A stretch of DNA of 64,000 bases from an uncultured Phycisphaerales bacterium (GCA_963836515.1 CAWIJX010000006.1:324809-388808), one strand, 5' to 3'. Counted from the stretch's first letter, positions 28,055 through 37,435 are shown. A program made the numbers and translations. The notes: generated by a model not told the origin, from the sequence alone.

Positions 28055-29440
28055 CCTATATCATCGCGGCTGAAGTATCATGCCGAGTGATGCCGATCTC
28101 CATGAAGTCACGGATGACAAGGAGATGCGATGGTCACGGAAGACTTGAACAGCCACGCGTTGGTTCTACCGCAAGCACAGCGTTGCATTCTTGAGAGCCT
28201 GGTCCGGCGGAAGACCTGTCCGCAGGCGGTGGCCACGCGGGCTCGCGTGATCTTGGCGGCCGGCGAGGGTCTGGGCTCGGTGGGGATCGCCCTTCGGGTG
28301 GGGTGCTCCCGCGAACTGGTGCGACACTGGCGAGCCCGCTACAGGGCGGCCCAGCAGGCTTGGGGAGCGGACGTTGCCCAGTGGGATGAGGCGGCCCTGG
28401 CCCGGAAGATCGAGCAGGCGCTCTCGGACGAGTATCGCTGCGGGTGTCCGGGCAAGTTCACGCCTGAGCAGTACTGCCAGATCATGGCGTTGGCCTGCGA
28501 GAAGCCGTCGGACAGCGGCCGGCCGGTGACGAACTGGACGAACCGGGAGTTGGCCGAGGAGGCGGCCAAACGGGGGATCGTGCCGTCGATCTCGCCCCGG
28601 CAGGTGGGGCGTTTTTTAAAAGGAGGCGGACCTGCGGCCGCACAAGATGCGGTATTGGCTGAACAGTCCCGACCGGCAGCATCCCGAGGAGTTTGCGGCG
28701 CGGTCGGGGGCGGTGTGCGCGGCCTACGGCTCGGCCATCGCGATGCACGAGCTGGGCACGCACCTCGTGAGCGTGGATGAGAAGACCGGCATGCAGGCGA
28801 TAGAACGCGCAGCGCCCACGCTGCCGATGAGGCCGGGACAGGTGGAGCGTCAGGAGGCCAATTACGTTCGGCACGGGACGCTGATGCTGACGGCCAACCT
28901 GGAAGTGGCCACGGGGAAGGTAATCTGTCCAACGGTGGCGTTGACGCGGCACGAGGAAGACTTTGCCGCGCATGTGGCCCAGACGGTGGCCAGCGACCCC
29001 CAGGCAGCGTGGATCATCGTGCTGGACCAGCTCAACACGCACCAATCCGAGACGTTGGTGAGGCTGGTGGACGAGTTGTGTGGACTGGGGGTGGAACTGG
29101 GCGTCAAGGGCGAGTCGGGCCTGCTCAAGGACCTGAAGAGCCGGCGAGCGTTCCTGGAAGACCCCAGCCATCGCATCCGGTTCCTGTACACGCCACGGCA
29201 CGCTTCGTGGCTCAACCAGATCGAGATCTGGTTCAGCATCCTGGCACGCCGGCTGCTGCGCCGGGGCAGCTTCCAATCCATCGACGAGTTGCGGCGGCGT
29301 GTCCTGGCGTTCATCGAGTACTTCAACCAGACGATGGCCAAGCCGTTCCGGTGGACCTATCAGGTCCGGCCCTTGAGCGCGTGACGGACGTGGCGGAAAG
29401 GGTCGATCTCAACAGACTGGCCACGATTCCCGGCGGAAAG
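28055..29440 (+). mobile_element. IS630-family insertion sequence; ends approximate, TIRs not identified
   Basis: Carries the IS630/Tc1-mariner transposase gene. Sits between exbD and an orphan PIN gene. Confidence 0.5.
28130..29384 (+). CDS. IS630-family DDE transposase, two overlapping frames joined at a T6A4 run (28612-28621)
   Basis: N-terminal HTH frame ends '...ISPRQVGRFLKGGG' (ORF 28130..). DDE frame (ORF 28647..) carries 'LVSVDEKTGMQA', 'IIVLDQLNTHQSE', 'LYTPRHASWLNQIEIWFSIL'. Net +1 frame change at 'gttttttaaaaggagg'. Confidence 0.8.
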
Positions 29441-29669
29441 GCAGGTGGCGCCCGCAAGTCATCATCCCCAACAGGCGATTGGACCGACCGCAACGCCTCC
29501 GTCGCGGGCCACGCTTCCGCCTGGTCCGAGCAGCCCCGTTCCGGCCATGCCTCTCGTGCCCGCCGTCGAATGCCTCGATCCGCCCCTCCACACCACCCCC
29601 TCCTTACCCGAGGCCACGATATCTCTGCCCTGATGATCTACCGTAACCGCTGTCGCCGATACAGGACCG

Positions 29670-30143
29670 ATGGTCCACCTTCGTGAAATTGAGTGCTTGG
29701 GCTTGCTTCAGATATACGAGGTTCTCCATGTGCCTGAGACAGTGTGGGCCGAGGCCACGGCACCAGGCCGCATTCCCGCAACGGAACTTGAGACGATCTC
29801 CGTAATCCAGCGACATCCGCTCGATCCAGGCGCAGTCGCCTCATTCGCGCAACAGCCAAGCAGCGCAGGCCTGCATCAAGGTGAGATCGAATGCCCTCTG
29901 CTCTGCCAGAACATGCGTGTGCCGCTTCTCCTGACCGACGATCTTGCCGCACGAGGGGCCGCCCGGAAACTCGGCATTCGGCCCGTTGGCTCGCTGGGCA
30001 TCATCGTCAGATCATATCGACTCGGGCGAGTTTCATTGTCCGAGGCACAGGATCGGATCGAGCAGCTCCATAGCGTCAGCACGCTCTTCGTCACGCGCGA
30101 CCTGATTGATCTGGCCTTGGCTCAGTTGGCCGAGAAACCGTAA
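29670..30143 (+). CDS. PIN-domain nuclease (DUF3368 / VapC-like toxin); N-terminus possibly damaged, no cognate antitoxin upstream
   Basis: 'LLLTDDLAARGAARKLGIRPVGSLGIIVRSYRLG' is the DUF3368 signature. The expected N-terminal 'DxSAL' segment (HDISALMIY) lies out of frame at 29618-29646. Confidence 0.65.
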   Translation: MVHLREIECLGLLQIYEVLHVPETVWAEATAPGRIPATELETISVIQRHPLDPGAVASFAQQPSSAGLHQGEIECPLLCQNMRVPLLLTDDLAARGAARKLGIRPVGSLGIIVRSYRLGRVSLSEAQDRIEQLHSVSTLFVTRDLIDLALAQLAEKP

Positions 30144-30239
30144 TACCGTACCTCAAATCGCCTCTTTCAAGTGCTTGAGATACCAACCGGCCGGGCTATA
30201 GTGTTCTTGATCGTTGGGCTAACAGGACAGGGGTGCGAT

Positions 30240-31013
30240 ATGACACTGCAATGGTTCTTCGCCTGGTGGAACCTCATCTTCATCGTCCCACTGCTGCTCG
30301 CCCTGCTTTACATGGCGGTCTATCTGGTCAGCGGCGTCTCCTTCGGCGAGGCCGATGCCGCCGCCGATGTCGATGCTGATGCCGACGTTGACGCAGACGC
30401 CGATGTGGATGCCGACGCGGACGTAGATGCTGACGCCGATGCAGACGCAGACGCAGACGCCGACAGCGAAGCCGAAACCGCCGCCGCTCAAACCGGCGGC
30501 CCCTCCGCCATGCTCGCCGCCATGGGATGGCTCGGCGCCGGCCGCGTGCCCCTCAGCATCCTCTTTCTCATCCTCTTCAGCAGTTGGGGAATGATCGGCT
30601 TCCTCTGCAACGTCGTCACCTTCCCGCAATTCGCCCACTCGCCGATGGCCATGATCTGGTCGCTTCCGCTGGCCGCCGTCGGCAGCGCCCTGTTCACCAA
30701 GCTCGTTTCGCGCCTGGCCGCGCGATGGCTGCCCACCTACGAAACCTACGCCCAGCGCCGCCATCATCTGCTGGGCTTGGCCGGCCAGGCCATCTTCCCC
30801 ATCGACGCCACCTTCGGCATGGTTGCCGTCCGCGACAGCCGCGGCAACCTGTTCCAGGTCCCCTGCCGTCCCTACGGCAAGATAGCATCCATAGAAAAAG
30901 ACGCTGACGTGCGCCTCGTGGCGTACAACGGCAAGAGCCAGTTGTTCTACGTCGTTCCGGTCAAACCCGCCGAGGGACAAGCCCCGGCGGACAGCACCAA
31001 GAGGGCCCCATGA
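30240..31013 (+). CDS. NfeD-family membrane protein (flotillin partner) with an acidic (DADADV)n repeat
   Basis: C-terminal NfeD OB-fold 'GMVAVRDSRGNLFQVPCRPYGKIASIEKDADVRLVAYNGKSQLFYVVP'. TM helices. The stop overlaps the floT ATG (ATGA). Confidence 0.75.
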   Translation: MTLQWFFAWWNLIFIVPLLLALLYMAVYLVSGVSFGEADAAADVDADADVDADADVDADADVDADADADADADADSEAETAAAQTGGPSAMLAAMGWLGAGRVPLSILFLILFSSWGMIGFLCNVVTFPQFAHSPMAMIWSLPLAAVGSALFTKLVSRLAARWLPTYETYAQRRHHLLGLAGQAIFPIDATFGMVAVRDSRGNLFQVPCRPYGKIASIEKDADVRLVAYNGKSQLFYVVPVKPAEGQAPADSTKRAP

Positions 31014-32963
31014 TCCTCGTACTCTTCTTCGGCATCAGTGTCCTGCTCATGGCCGTCCCGTGGATGGTTCCCGCCTCGGCCGGCGGCCCGCGCCTGCCCC
31101 TCGGCGCAGCTCACGCTCACCGTCATCGGGTTCATCATCTTCGTGATGGTGGTGGTCATCTCGGTCATCACGCGGCTCTACCGCAAGGCATCCGCCAACA
31201 TGGCCTTCGTCCGCACCGGCATGGGCGGCGCCAAGGTCATCATGGACGGCGGCACCATCGTCTTCCCCGTCGTCCACCAGGTCATCCCCGTCTCGCTGGA
31301 AACCATGCGCCTCAACGTCGAGCGCATCGGCCCTCACGCCCTCATCACCAAGGACAACCTGCGCGTCGATCTCTCGGCCGAGTTCTACATCAAGGTGCAG
31401 GCCAATGCGGATGACATCCTCCAGGCCGCGCGATCGCTCGGCATGAAGAACGTCCAGGCCGACGCCGTCAGCGAACTCGTCCAGGAAAAGCTCGTCAGCG
31501 CCCTGCGTACCGTCGCCGCCACCAAGGATCTCGTCGAACTCCACGCCAAACGCGACGAGTTTGCCAGCGCCGTGCAGGCCATCGTCATCCACGACCTGGC
31601 TCACAACGGCCTGACGCTCGAGTCGGTCACCATCTCCAGCCTCGACCAGACCGATCCCACCCAGCTCCAGGCCCAGAACGTCTTCGACGCCCAGGGCCTC
31701 CGCAAGATCGCCGAGATCACCCAGAAGGCCCGTATCGAGCGCAACGAGATCGAGCGCGAAGCCGAGCAGGCCGTCGTCGGCAAGAACGTCGTCACCCGCA
31801 AGAAGGTCCTGGAGATGGAGCGGGACCAGGCCGAGTTCGAGGCCGACCAGAAGATGAAAGTCGCCAACGTCCGCGCCGGCCGCGAGCGCGAGGTCGCCGA
31901 GTTCAAGATCAGCCAGGACGAGGCCGTCGCCCGCCGCGATATCGAGAAGATGAGGTCGATCGAGACGGCCGAGGTTGAACGGACGCTGGTCGTCGAGCAG
32001 GCCCAGATCGCGAAAAAGATCACGCTTGTTGTGAAGCAACGCGAGCAGGAAACGGCCGAGATTCAGAAGAAACAGACGGTGGAAGTGGCCGAGCGCGCCA
32101 AGGAAGTCGCCGTCACCCAGAAGGAGCAGGAACGCGCCGCCGCCCAGGCCGCCATGCTCGCCGCCGAGGCCCAGCGCGAGGCCGCCAAGCAGCAGGTCCT
32201 CACCGTCCAGGTCACCAGCGAGGCCGCGCGCGAGGCCGAGAAGAAGCTTATCGCCGCCAAGCAGGTCATCGCCGAAAACAAGATTCGCCAGGAAACCACG
32301 GCCGATGTCGTCGCCTACACCAAGGTCAAGGAAGCCGAAGGCGAGCGCAAGGCCGCCGACCTCCAATACGAAGCCAAGCTGCGACTCGCCGAGGGCGACT
32401 CGCAATCCAGCATCAAGCGATCCGAAGGCGAGAAGGCCCTGAAGATGGTCGATGTCACCGTCGAGCGCGAGAAGGTCAACGTCGAGCAGGCCCGCGTCGA
32501 GGTCGAGCGCAAGAGCCTCTCCAACAAACAGGAGTTCGAGCAGGCCGCCCTGAAATTCGAGCTGGAAAAGCTGCGCATCAACGCCGACCGCGAAGTCCGC
32601 ATCCAGGCCGCCCAGGCCATGAGCACCATGCTCGCCGGCGCCAAGATGCAGATCTTCGGCGATCCCGAGACGCTGGCCAAGATGTCCCAACGCTTCATCC
32701 ACGCCGCCAGCTACGGCAACGCCGCCGACGGCTTCCTCAGCAATCTCTCGCCCCAGGCCCGCGACATCCTCGGCCGACTCGGCGCCAGCCTGATGGGAAC
32801 CAGCGATGCGCCGCCGCGCGGTGATGGCCAGCCGCCATCGGCGCCTCCCACGCCGCCGGCCATTCCGACGGTCGCCGTCGCGTCGTCCGCTCCGCCCGAC
32901 ATCGAGCCACCCGTCGTCAAGAGCGAGATGAAGGGCGAGCGCAAACCCCGGATCAACCCATGA
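31010..32963 (+). CDS. floT: flotillin (SPFH/band-7, FloT/YuaG-like), apparent frameshift near 31100
   Basis: 'RKASANMAFVRTGMGGAKVI', an SPFH domain, and a long coiled-coil EA-rich region (ORF 31038..32963). The N-terminal TM 'MILVLFFGISVLLMAV' is in the ORF 31010 frame. Confidence 0.8.
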
Positions 32964-33349
32964 GCTGGCGCGACGAACTGCAACTGCTGGGCATCCCCGT
33001 CCCCGACGACATCTCGCCAGACCGGCTGGTGGCCGCGCTCTGCGCCAAGCCGCTTGAGAGCACGCTCATCACGGTGGCTCTCTCGGCACTGCTCTTCTAC
33101 CGCGTGGAAAAGGGCCACAACTCCAAGATCAACAGCTACTGGGACGCCACGCTCTACTGCTCAACCTGCCTGTCGGTCGGCTACGGCGAAATCTTCGCCC
33201 GCACGCCCATCGGCAAGTTCCTGGGCACGCTCCTCATGACCATCGGCCCCGCCCTGGCCAACAAGACCCTCGACGGCCCCCCGCGCGGTGACGGTGTGCA
33301 ATCCGAAATCCTCGCCACCCTCAAGGAGATCGCCGCCAAGCTGGCTTGA
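32960..33349 (+). CDS. small ion-channel-like protein with a K+-channel pore signature (SVGYGE)
   Basis: 'LYCSTCLSVGYGEIFARTPIGKFLGTLLM'. ATGA overlap with the floT stop. Confidence 0.55.
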   Translation: MSWRDELQLLGIPVPDDISPDRLVAALCAKPLESTLITVALSALLFYRVEKGHNSKINSYWDATLYCSTCLSVGYGEIFARTPIGKFLGTLLMTIGPALANKTLDGPPRGDGVQSEILATLKEIAAKLA

Positions 33350-33384
33350 CGCGCAAAGTGGCAGCGGCGTCCCGCCGCTGTTCC

Positions 33385-33550
33385 GGTCCGTTGCCCGTTG
33401 TCCTTGGTCCCTAGACGGGTCAATGGTCCCCTTTGTCAGTTGCAGCGGCCCGACGGGCCTCAAATCCGAGTGGCGGATCGAGTGGCGAATCCACTGACCA
33501 ACGAACAACGGACCCGACCACTGACCACGAACAACTGACCACTGACAAGG
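33385..33550. repeat. palindromic repeat element, copy 2
   Basis: Arms 'gacgggtcaatggtcccctttgtcagttgc' and 'actgaccaacgaacaacggacccgaccactgacc'. The loop is similar to the copy at 58905. Confidence 0.7.
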
Positions 33551-33596
33551 ACCCCAAAACTAAAGACTTCCGATAACTCGCGTCGATACTGATTGT

Positions 33597-33947
33597 GTGA
33601 TGACCGAAATCCCGCAGCGCCAATCTCCCGCGCCCGCGGGCACGTCCCTCGGCGCGCCCATCCTGCCCTTCTGCGAACGCCGCAAGGACCACCGCCGCCC
33701 CGTGCAGACGCCCGCCAGGCTCACGGTCCTCGACGGCCCCCTGGCCGGCAGCACGCACGATGTCCAGACCCGCGACCTCTCCCTCAGCGGCATCTCCTTC
33801 CTCCTGCGCCAGTCCCTCGCCGTCGGCCAGAACTGCCGCGTCGACATGGCCAACGGCCACGGCGCCCTCAGCCGCATCGGCGAAGTCGTCCGCTCCCGCC
33901 CCCTGAGCAACGGCAAATACGAAATGGGCGTCCAGTTCCGCAAGTGA
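33597..33947 (+). CDS. PilZ-domain (c-di-GMP-binding) protein
   Basis: 'ERRKDHRRPVQTPARL' (RxxxR) and 'TRDLSLSGISFL' (DxSxxG). Confidence 0.7.
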   Translation: MMTEIPQRQSPAPAGTSLGAPILPFCERRKDHRRPVQTPARLTVLDGPLAGSTHDVQTRDLSLSGISFLLRQSLAVGQNCRVDMANGHGALSRIGEVVRSRPLSNGKYEMGVQFRK

Positions 33948-33954
33948 AATCTCT

Positions 33955-34359
33955 TCATCGACCGCCGGGCCGACCGACCAGCAGGGCCGCCAGCAGGTCC
34001 TTCCACGTCACGATTCCCAGCGGATGGAGATGCTCGTCCGCCACCGGCAGGCACGAGATGTCCTTGTCGAGCATGAGGCGGGCCGCCGCCTCGATGGGCA
34101 TGTCGGGACTCGCCACCACCGGCCGGCGCGTCATGACCTGGTGTACGCGCCGATTGAGCGTGGCCAGGTCCTGCGAGCGCTCGGCGACGTCCCGCCCCAC
34201 GAACGGCGATACGTTGCGCAGCAGGTTGCGGTCCGAGATGACCCCCACCAGCCTGCCCTTCTCCAGCACCAGCAGGTGGTGAAACCCGAACCGCTCGAAC
34301 CGCTCCCGCACCACCAGCAGGCTGTCATCCATCGTCACGCTGACGATGTGCCGCGTCAT
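33955..34359 (-). CDS. CBS-domain pair protein
   Basis: Two CBS motifs ('HHLLVLEKGRLVGVISDRNLL', 'ISCLPVADEHLHPLGIVTWKDLL'). Confidence 0.75.
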   Translation of the reverse strand: MTRHIVSVTMDDSLLVVRERFERFGFHHLLVLEKGRLVGVISDRNLLRNVSPFVGRDVAERSQDLATLNRRVHQVMTRRPVVASPDMPIEAAARLMLDKDISCLPVADEHLHPLGIVTWKDLLAALLVGRPGGR

Positions 34360-34710
34360 GATGCCGCCAACCGTCGTCGCGGCGGCCGGGGCCGGGATGC
34401 TGGCGCCTTCGCTGTCCATGCCGTCCTGTCCGGGATTTCCCCCTTTGGCCTCGGCCCGCGACCGCCGCGGGCCGCTCCACGCGGCATTGCCGCATCAAAC
34501 CTCGGCATTTTACCATGCCCGCGCGGATGCGAGTATCGTCTCCATGACGCATGCAAGAACGCCAGGTCCCCTCCGTTGCAGCTCTTGTCGCGCAACCCGT
34601 GAGATAAGTGTCGATATATTCCAGAGTTAGCACGGCGTCCGTTCGGCATCGCTCGCGGTATCGGCGCGTACCAAATCAGATGCGTTTTTGCTTATCGCAG
34701 AAGGCTCGAG

Positions 34711-34746
34711 TATGCAACTTGACTACGTTGCATAAAGTTGTATAAT
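34711..34746 (+). promoter_or_regulatory. near-consensus sigma70 promoter (TTGACT-16-TATAAT) overlapped by a 7-bp inverted repeat (ATGCAAC..GTTGCAT) operator, in an AT-rich patch
   Basis: 'tatgcaacTTGACTacgttgcataaagttgTATAATatgc', immediately upstream of the HigB-like gene. Confidence 0.6.
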
Positions 34747-34791
34747 ATGCTTATCGGCTCGGTGCGGGCGGTCGATGGAAAGGCAAGGACT

Positions 34792-35229
34792 ATGGCCAAA
34801 GCTGTGAAGATTGGAATTCACCTTGGGGCTGGCCCGCAACCCGGCTACCAATGGGACGTCTGGATTCTGGATCTGGCCTACAAGGACGCCATGAAGTTCC
34901 TGGACGAGGATCAGTACGGCCACATCTCCTTGCAGGTGCGCGAGCTTGCACTCGAATTGGACCCCACGCACAGCGCGATGTTGAGCGTCGATGCCGTGCA
35001 GGACTTTTTTGAACTTCGCGAGAAAGGCGGACCACTTGGCAAGATCAATGTCAGGGTCTTCTTCTTTCTCGACACAAGAAAGGAGCAGGATTCGTCGAAC
35101 CATGCAATCGTCGTCCTCGGGGCGATTAAGAAGGAAAATGAGGGACGCACGCCGCCCGGGGACATCATCCGAACTCGGCGGCGGTTGAGGAAATATCTTG
35201 CGGGCGACTACGGACGGTCGCCCACGTGA
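34792..35229 (+). CDS. Gp49/HigB-like (RelE/ParE superfamily, DUF891) putative toxin
   Basis: 'GKINVRVFFFLDTRKEQDSSNHAIVVLGAIKKENEGRTPPGDIIRTRRRLRKYL' matches Gp49-like HigB toxins. An XRE partner follows. Confidence 0.65.
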   Translation: MAKAVKIGIHLGAGPQPGYQWDVWILDLAYKDAMKFLDEDQYGHISLQVRELALELDPTHSAMLSVDAVQDFFELREKGGPLGKINVRVFFFLDTRKEQDSSNHAIVVLGAIKKENEGRTPPGDIIRTRRRLRKYLAGDYGRSPT

Positions 35230-35274
35230 GCGCCGGAGGCAGGGCAATGCTAGTACAAGAAAGGAGATACAGCT

Positions 35275-35790
35275 ATGGCCACCACGGAAATCACTAAGGT
35301 TCCAATGGACGTTGGTGAGGCAGCCCTCGTGATGGCAATCGGGATTGTGTTCGAGCGCGTAAGCAGGTTGTCGGCAGCAGACAAAAAGGATCTGCTGGCA
35401 CTGGTCAAGGAACTGGCCCATGTCAAAGACCGTGAGGAGGTAGAGGCCATCCGCAACGCGATGGTCGAGATCCTCGATCAAGACCCGTCGGGGATCTTGC
35501 GGCTGGAGACGCCCACCGAGATGCCCATGAAGTTGAAGAAATGGGTCGCCTACGTCAGCACCAAGATGCGCGAACTGCGGCAGGCCAAGGGATGGACGCA
35601 ACAGGATCTAGCTAAGAAGACCGGGCTCCCTCAGAGCCACATCAGCCGACTGGAGGCCGGGCAGCACAGCCCGTCCTTCACGACTGTCAATCGTCTCGCC
35701 AGCGCCTTCGGCGTCGAGATAACCGTGCTCGACCCCGCGCCTGACACAATCCCGACGACCAAAGAAGGGACCACTCCGCAATGCGGGTGG
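35275..35790 (+). CDS. XRE-family HTH protein (HigA-like putative antitoxin); no in-frame stop until 36993
   Basis: HTH 'MRELRQAKGWTQQDLAKKTGLPQSHISRLEAGQHSPSFTTVNRLASAFGV'. The end is set arbitrarily after the HTH domain. Confidence 0.55.
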
Positions 35791-36000
35791 TCCTTCTTCT
35801 TTGGGAGGGCGAAGGGGGGAGGGCGAAGGGGGTCAGGTTCACTTTATCATTATCGCGTTGTTGCCGATTGCTTTCGGCAGCGGCGGCTCAAAGGGGAGGC
35901 GGCGAGGGATACCGTTGATTTTCGCTCTGCTGATCTTCGGCAGCCGCTGATTCGGGCTCGTCCTCGCAGCTACATTCGGCGGCATCAGCCAAACGCCAGG

Positions 36001-36195
36001 GGATTCTCGGCCAGCAATCTCTGGCGGATGGTGCCGTTCTACGAGACGTATCGGGGTAAGCCAAAACTCGCACCACTGGTGCGAGAATTGTCCTGGAGCC
36101 ACAACCTCGCGATCATGAGCCGGTCCCAGCGAGAGGAGGAGCGCGAGTTCTACCTGCGCCATGCTCACCGCGAACGGTGGTCGTTCCGCGAACAC
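36001..36195 (+). pseudogene. DUF1016 (YhcG-type PD-(D/E)XK nuclease family) internal fragment, in frame with the upstream XRE ORF
   Basis: 'GFSASNLWRMVPFYETYRGKPKLAPLVRELSWSHNLAIMSRSQREEEREFYLRHAHRERWSFRE' matches the conserved DUF1016 N-domain. The rest of the protein is absent. Confidence 0.5.
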
Positions 36196-36370
36196 ACCAC
36201 CACCTCCGCCCCCTGCCCCAATAATCACGCAAACATTTTTATTGACATCCCGTGCCCCGTCAGTATAGTATACATTAAACTCCACCGGCCGGCGTCACGG
36301 GAAGGCCGGCCAACTCCGCCCGGCCACGTCGGCCGCCGCGGAGCAAACCTCTTCCCCCAAGGAGAAGGCC

Positions 36371-37300
36371 ATGCCCTCCCCAACAGCCAGTCCGCGCGCC
36401 CACAGCCCCGAAACCGCCATCCGCAGTGTCGTCAACGCCACCATCCCCAGCCTGCCGCCCGCCGGCAGCGCCTCCGCGCCGCCAGGTGCCCTGCCCCCCT
36501 TCCCCGCCGTTTCTCCATCTGTTCAAAATATAGAAGACCAGCTCAGCGTCTTCTGCGACATCTGCAGTTTCTCCCACCCCAGGTCTCAGCCCTGCGACCC
36601 CGACGATCTGGCCCGACACCGCGTTTTCCTGTCCGCAATCGAAAATCAAAAATCGACAATCGAAAATCCCAAAGGCGGCCCCCGCACCCCCGAAGGCAAA
36701 GCCCGCTCCCGCCTCAACGCCCTCAAGCACGGCCTCACCGCCACCCTCCCCGTCATCCTCCCCGGCGAAGACCCGGCCGAGCGCCAGGCCCTGCTCGACT
36801 CCCTCACCCGCGATTTCAAACCCGCCAACGAGGTCGAGCGCATCCTCGTCCAGCGCCTCACCCACCTCGCCTGGCAACTCCGCCGCCTCCCGGCCGCCGA
36901 GGCCGAAATCCTCCGCCAACTGAACGAACAGCATCGCCTCGAAATCGAAGACCAGAACACCATCAACCGCCGCCAGCACATGCATTCCAGTGATGAAACC
37001 CAGCAACAGAACGAACCCACGCCCCTCCCCATCACCGACGCCACCCCCGCCCAGCTCCTGGCCGACCAGTTCCTGAGCGCCGACGACAAATCGAACCCCC
37101 TCGCCCGCCTCCAGCGCTACGAATCCACGATCCAGCGCCTCCTTCGACAAGGCCCTCAGCAGCCTCACCAAGCTCCAATCCGCCCGCGCACAAAACGAAC
37201 TGGCCTCACGGAGCCAACCCACGCCGCCGACCGAACTCAACTTCCAAACCGAACTCAAATTGCAGAACGAACCCGCCGGCATCTGTCATTTGAAATCTGA
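36371..37300 (+). CDS. hypothetical protein (conserved-looking core 'KARSRLNALKHGLTATLP...RILVQRLTHLAWQLRRL')
   Basis: 309-aa ORF. It contains the 35-bp AATCGAAAATCAAAAATCGACAATCGAAAATC repeat (36635-36670), which recurs at 37358-37392. Confidence 0.35.
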   Translation: MPSPTASPRAHSPETAIRSVVNATIPSLPPAGSASAPPGALPPFPAVSPSVQNIEDQLSVFCDICSFSHPRSQPCDPDDLARHRVFLSAIENQKSTIENPKGGPRTPEGKARSRLNALKHGLTATLPVILPGEDPAERQALLDSLTRDFKPANEVERILVQRLTHLAWQLRRLPAAEAEILRQLNEQHRLEIEDQNTINRRQHMHSSDETQQQNEPTPLPITDATPAQLLADQFLSADDKSNPLARLQRYESTIQRLLRQGPQQPHQAPIRPRTKRTGLTEPTHAADRTQLPNRTQIAERTRRHLSFEI

Positions 37301-37435
37301 AACCCGCGTCCCGCAATTCGCAGTCCGCAATTCGCAGTCCGCAATCCCCTCCTCTCCAATCGACAATCAAAATTCAAAAATCGATAATCCCGCCACCCCC
37401 ATCGCCCTCGCTGGACCGACACAACCACGTCAGGC

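Noticed and set aside
28611-28624. Calling the IS630 T6A4 junction a programmed ribosomal frameshift
   Set aside because: The required shift is +1 (or -2), not the -1 typical of X XXY YYZ heptamers, and the window shows about 25 comparable homopolymer indels. I kept it as a finding but did not assert it as a feature.
28051-29470. Terminal inverted repeats and TA target duplication of the IS630 element
   Set aside because: Comparing the 80 nt left of the transposase ATG with the reverse complement of the 90 nt after its stop, I found only weak, non-inverted similarities (for example 'atatcatcgcggc' vs 'atatcgtggcc'). The boundaries are therefore approximate.
217-36993. Long ORFs in the track that are antisense to or overlap well-supported genes (for example 217..789-, 6039..7175-, 2609..3970-, 10116..11672+, 18849..20366-, 20411..22114-, 22926..24842-, 25558..26889-, 31047..32702-, 36275..37282-, and the 36.0-37.0 kb tail of ORF 35275..36993)
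   Set aside because: These are low-complexity Arg/Ala/Gly/Pro-rich translations typical of stop-codon-poor high-GC DNA. In each case the opposite strand or another frame carries clear family motifs.
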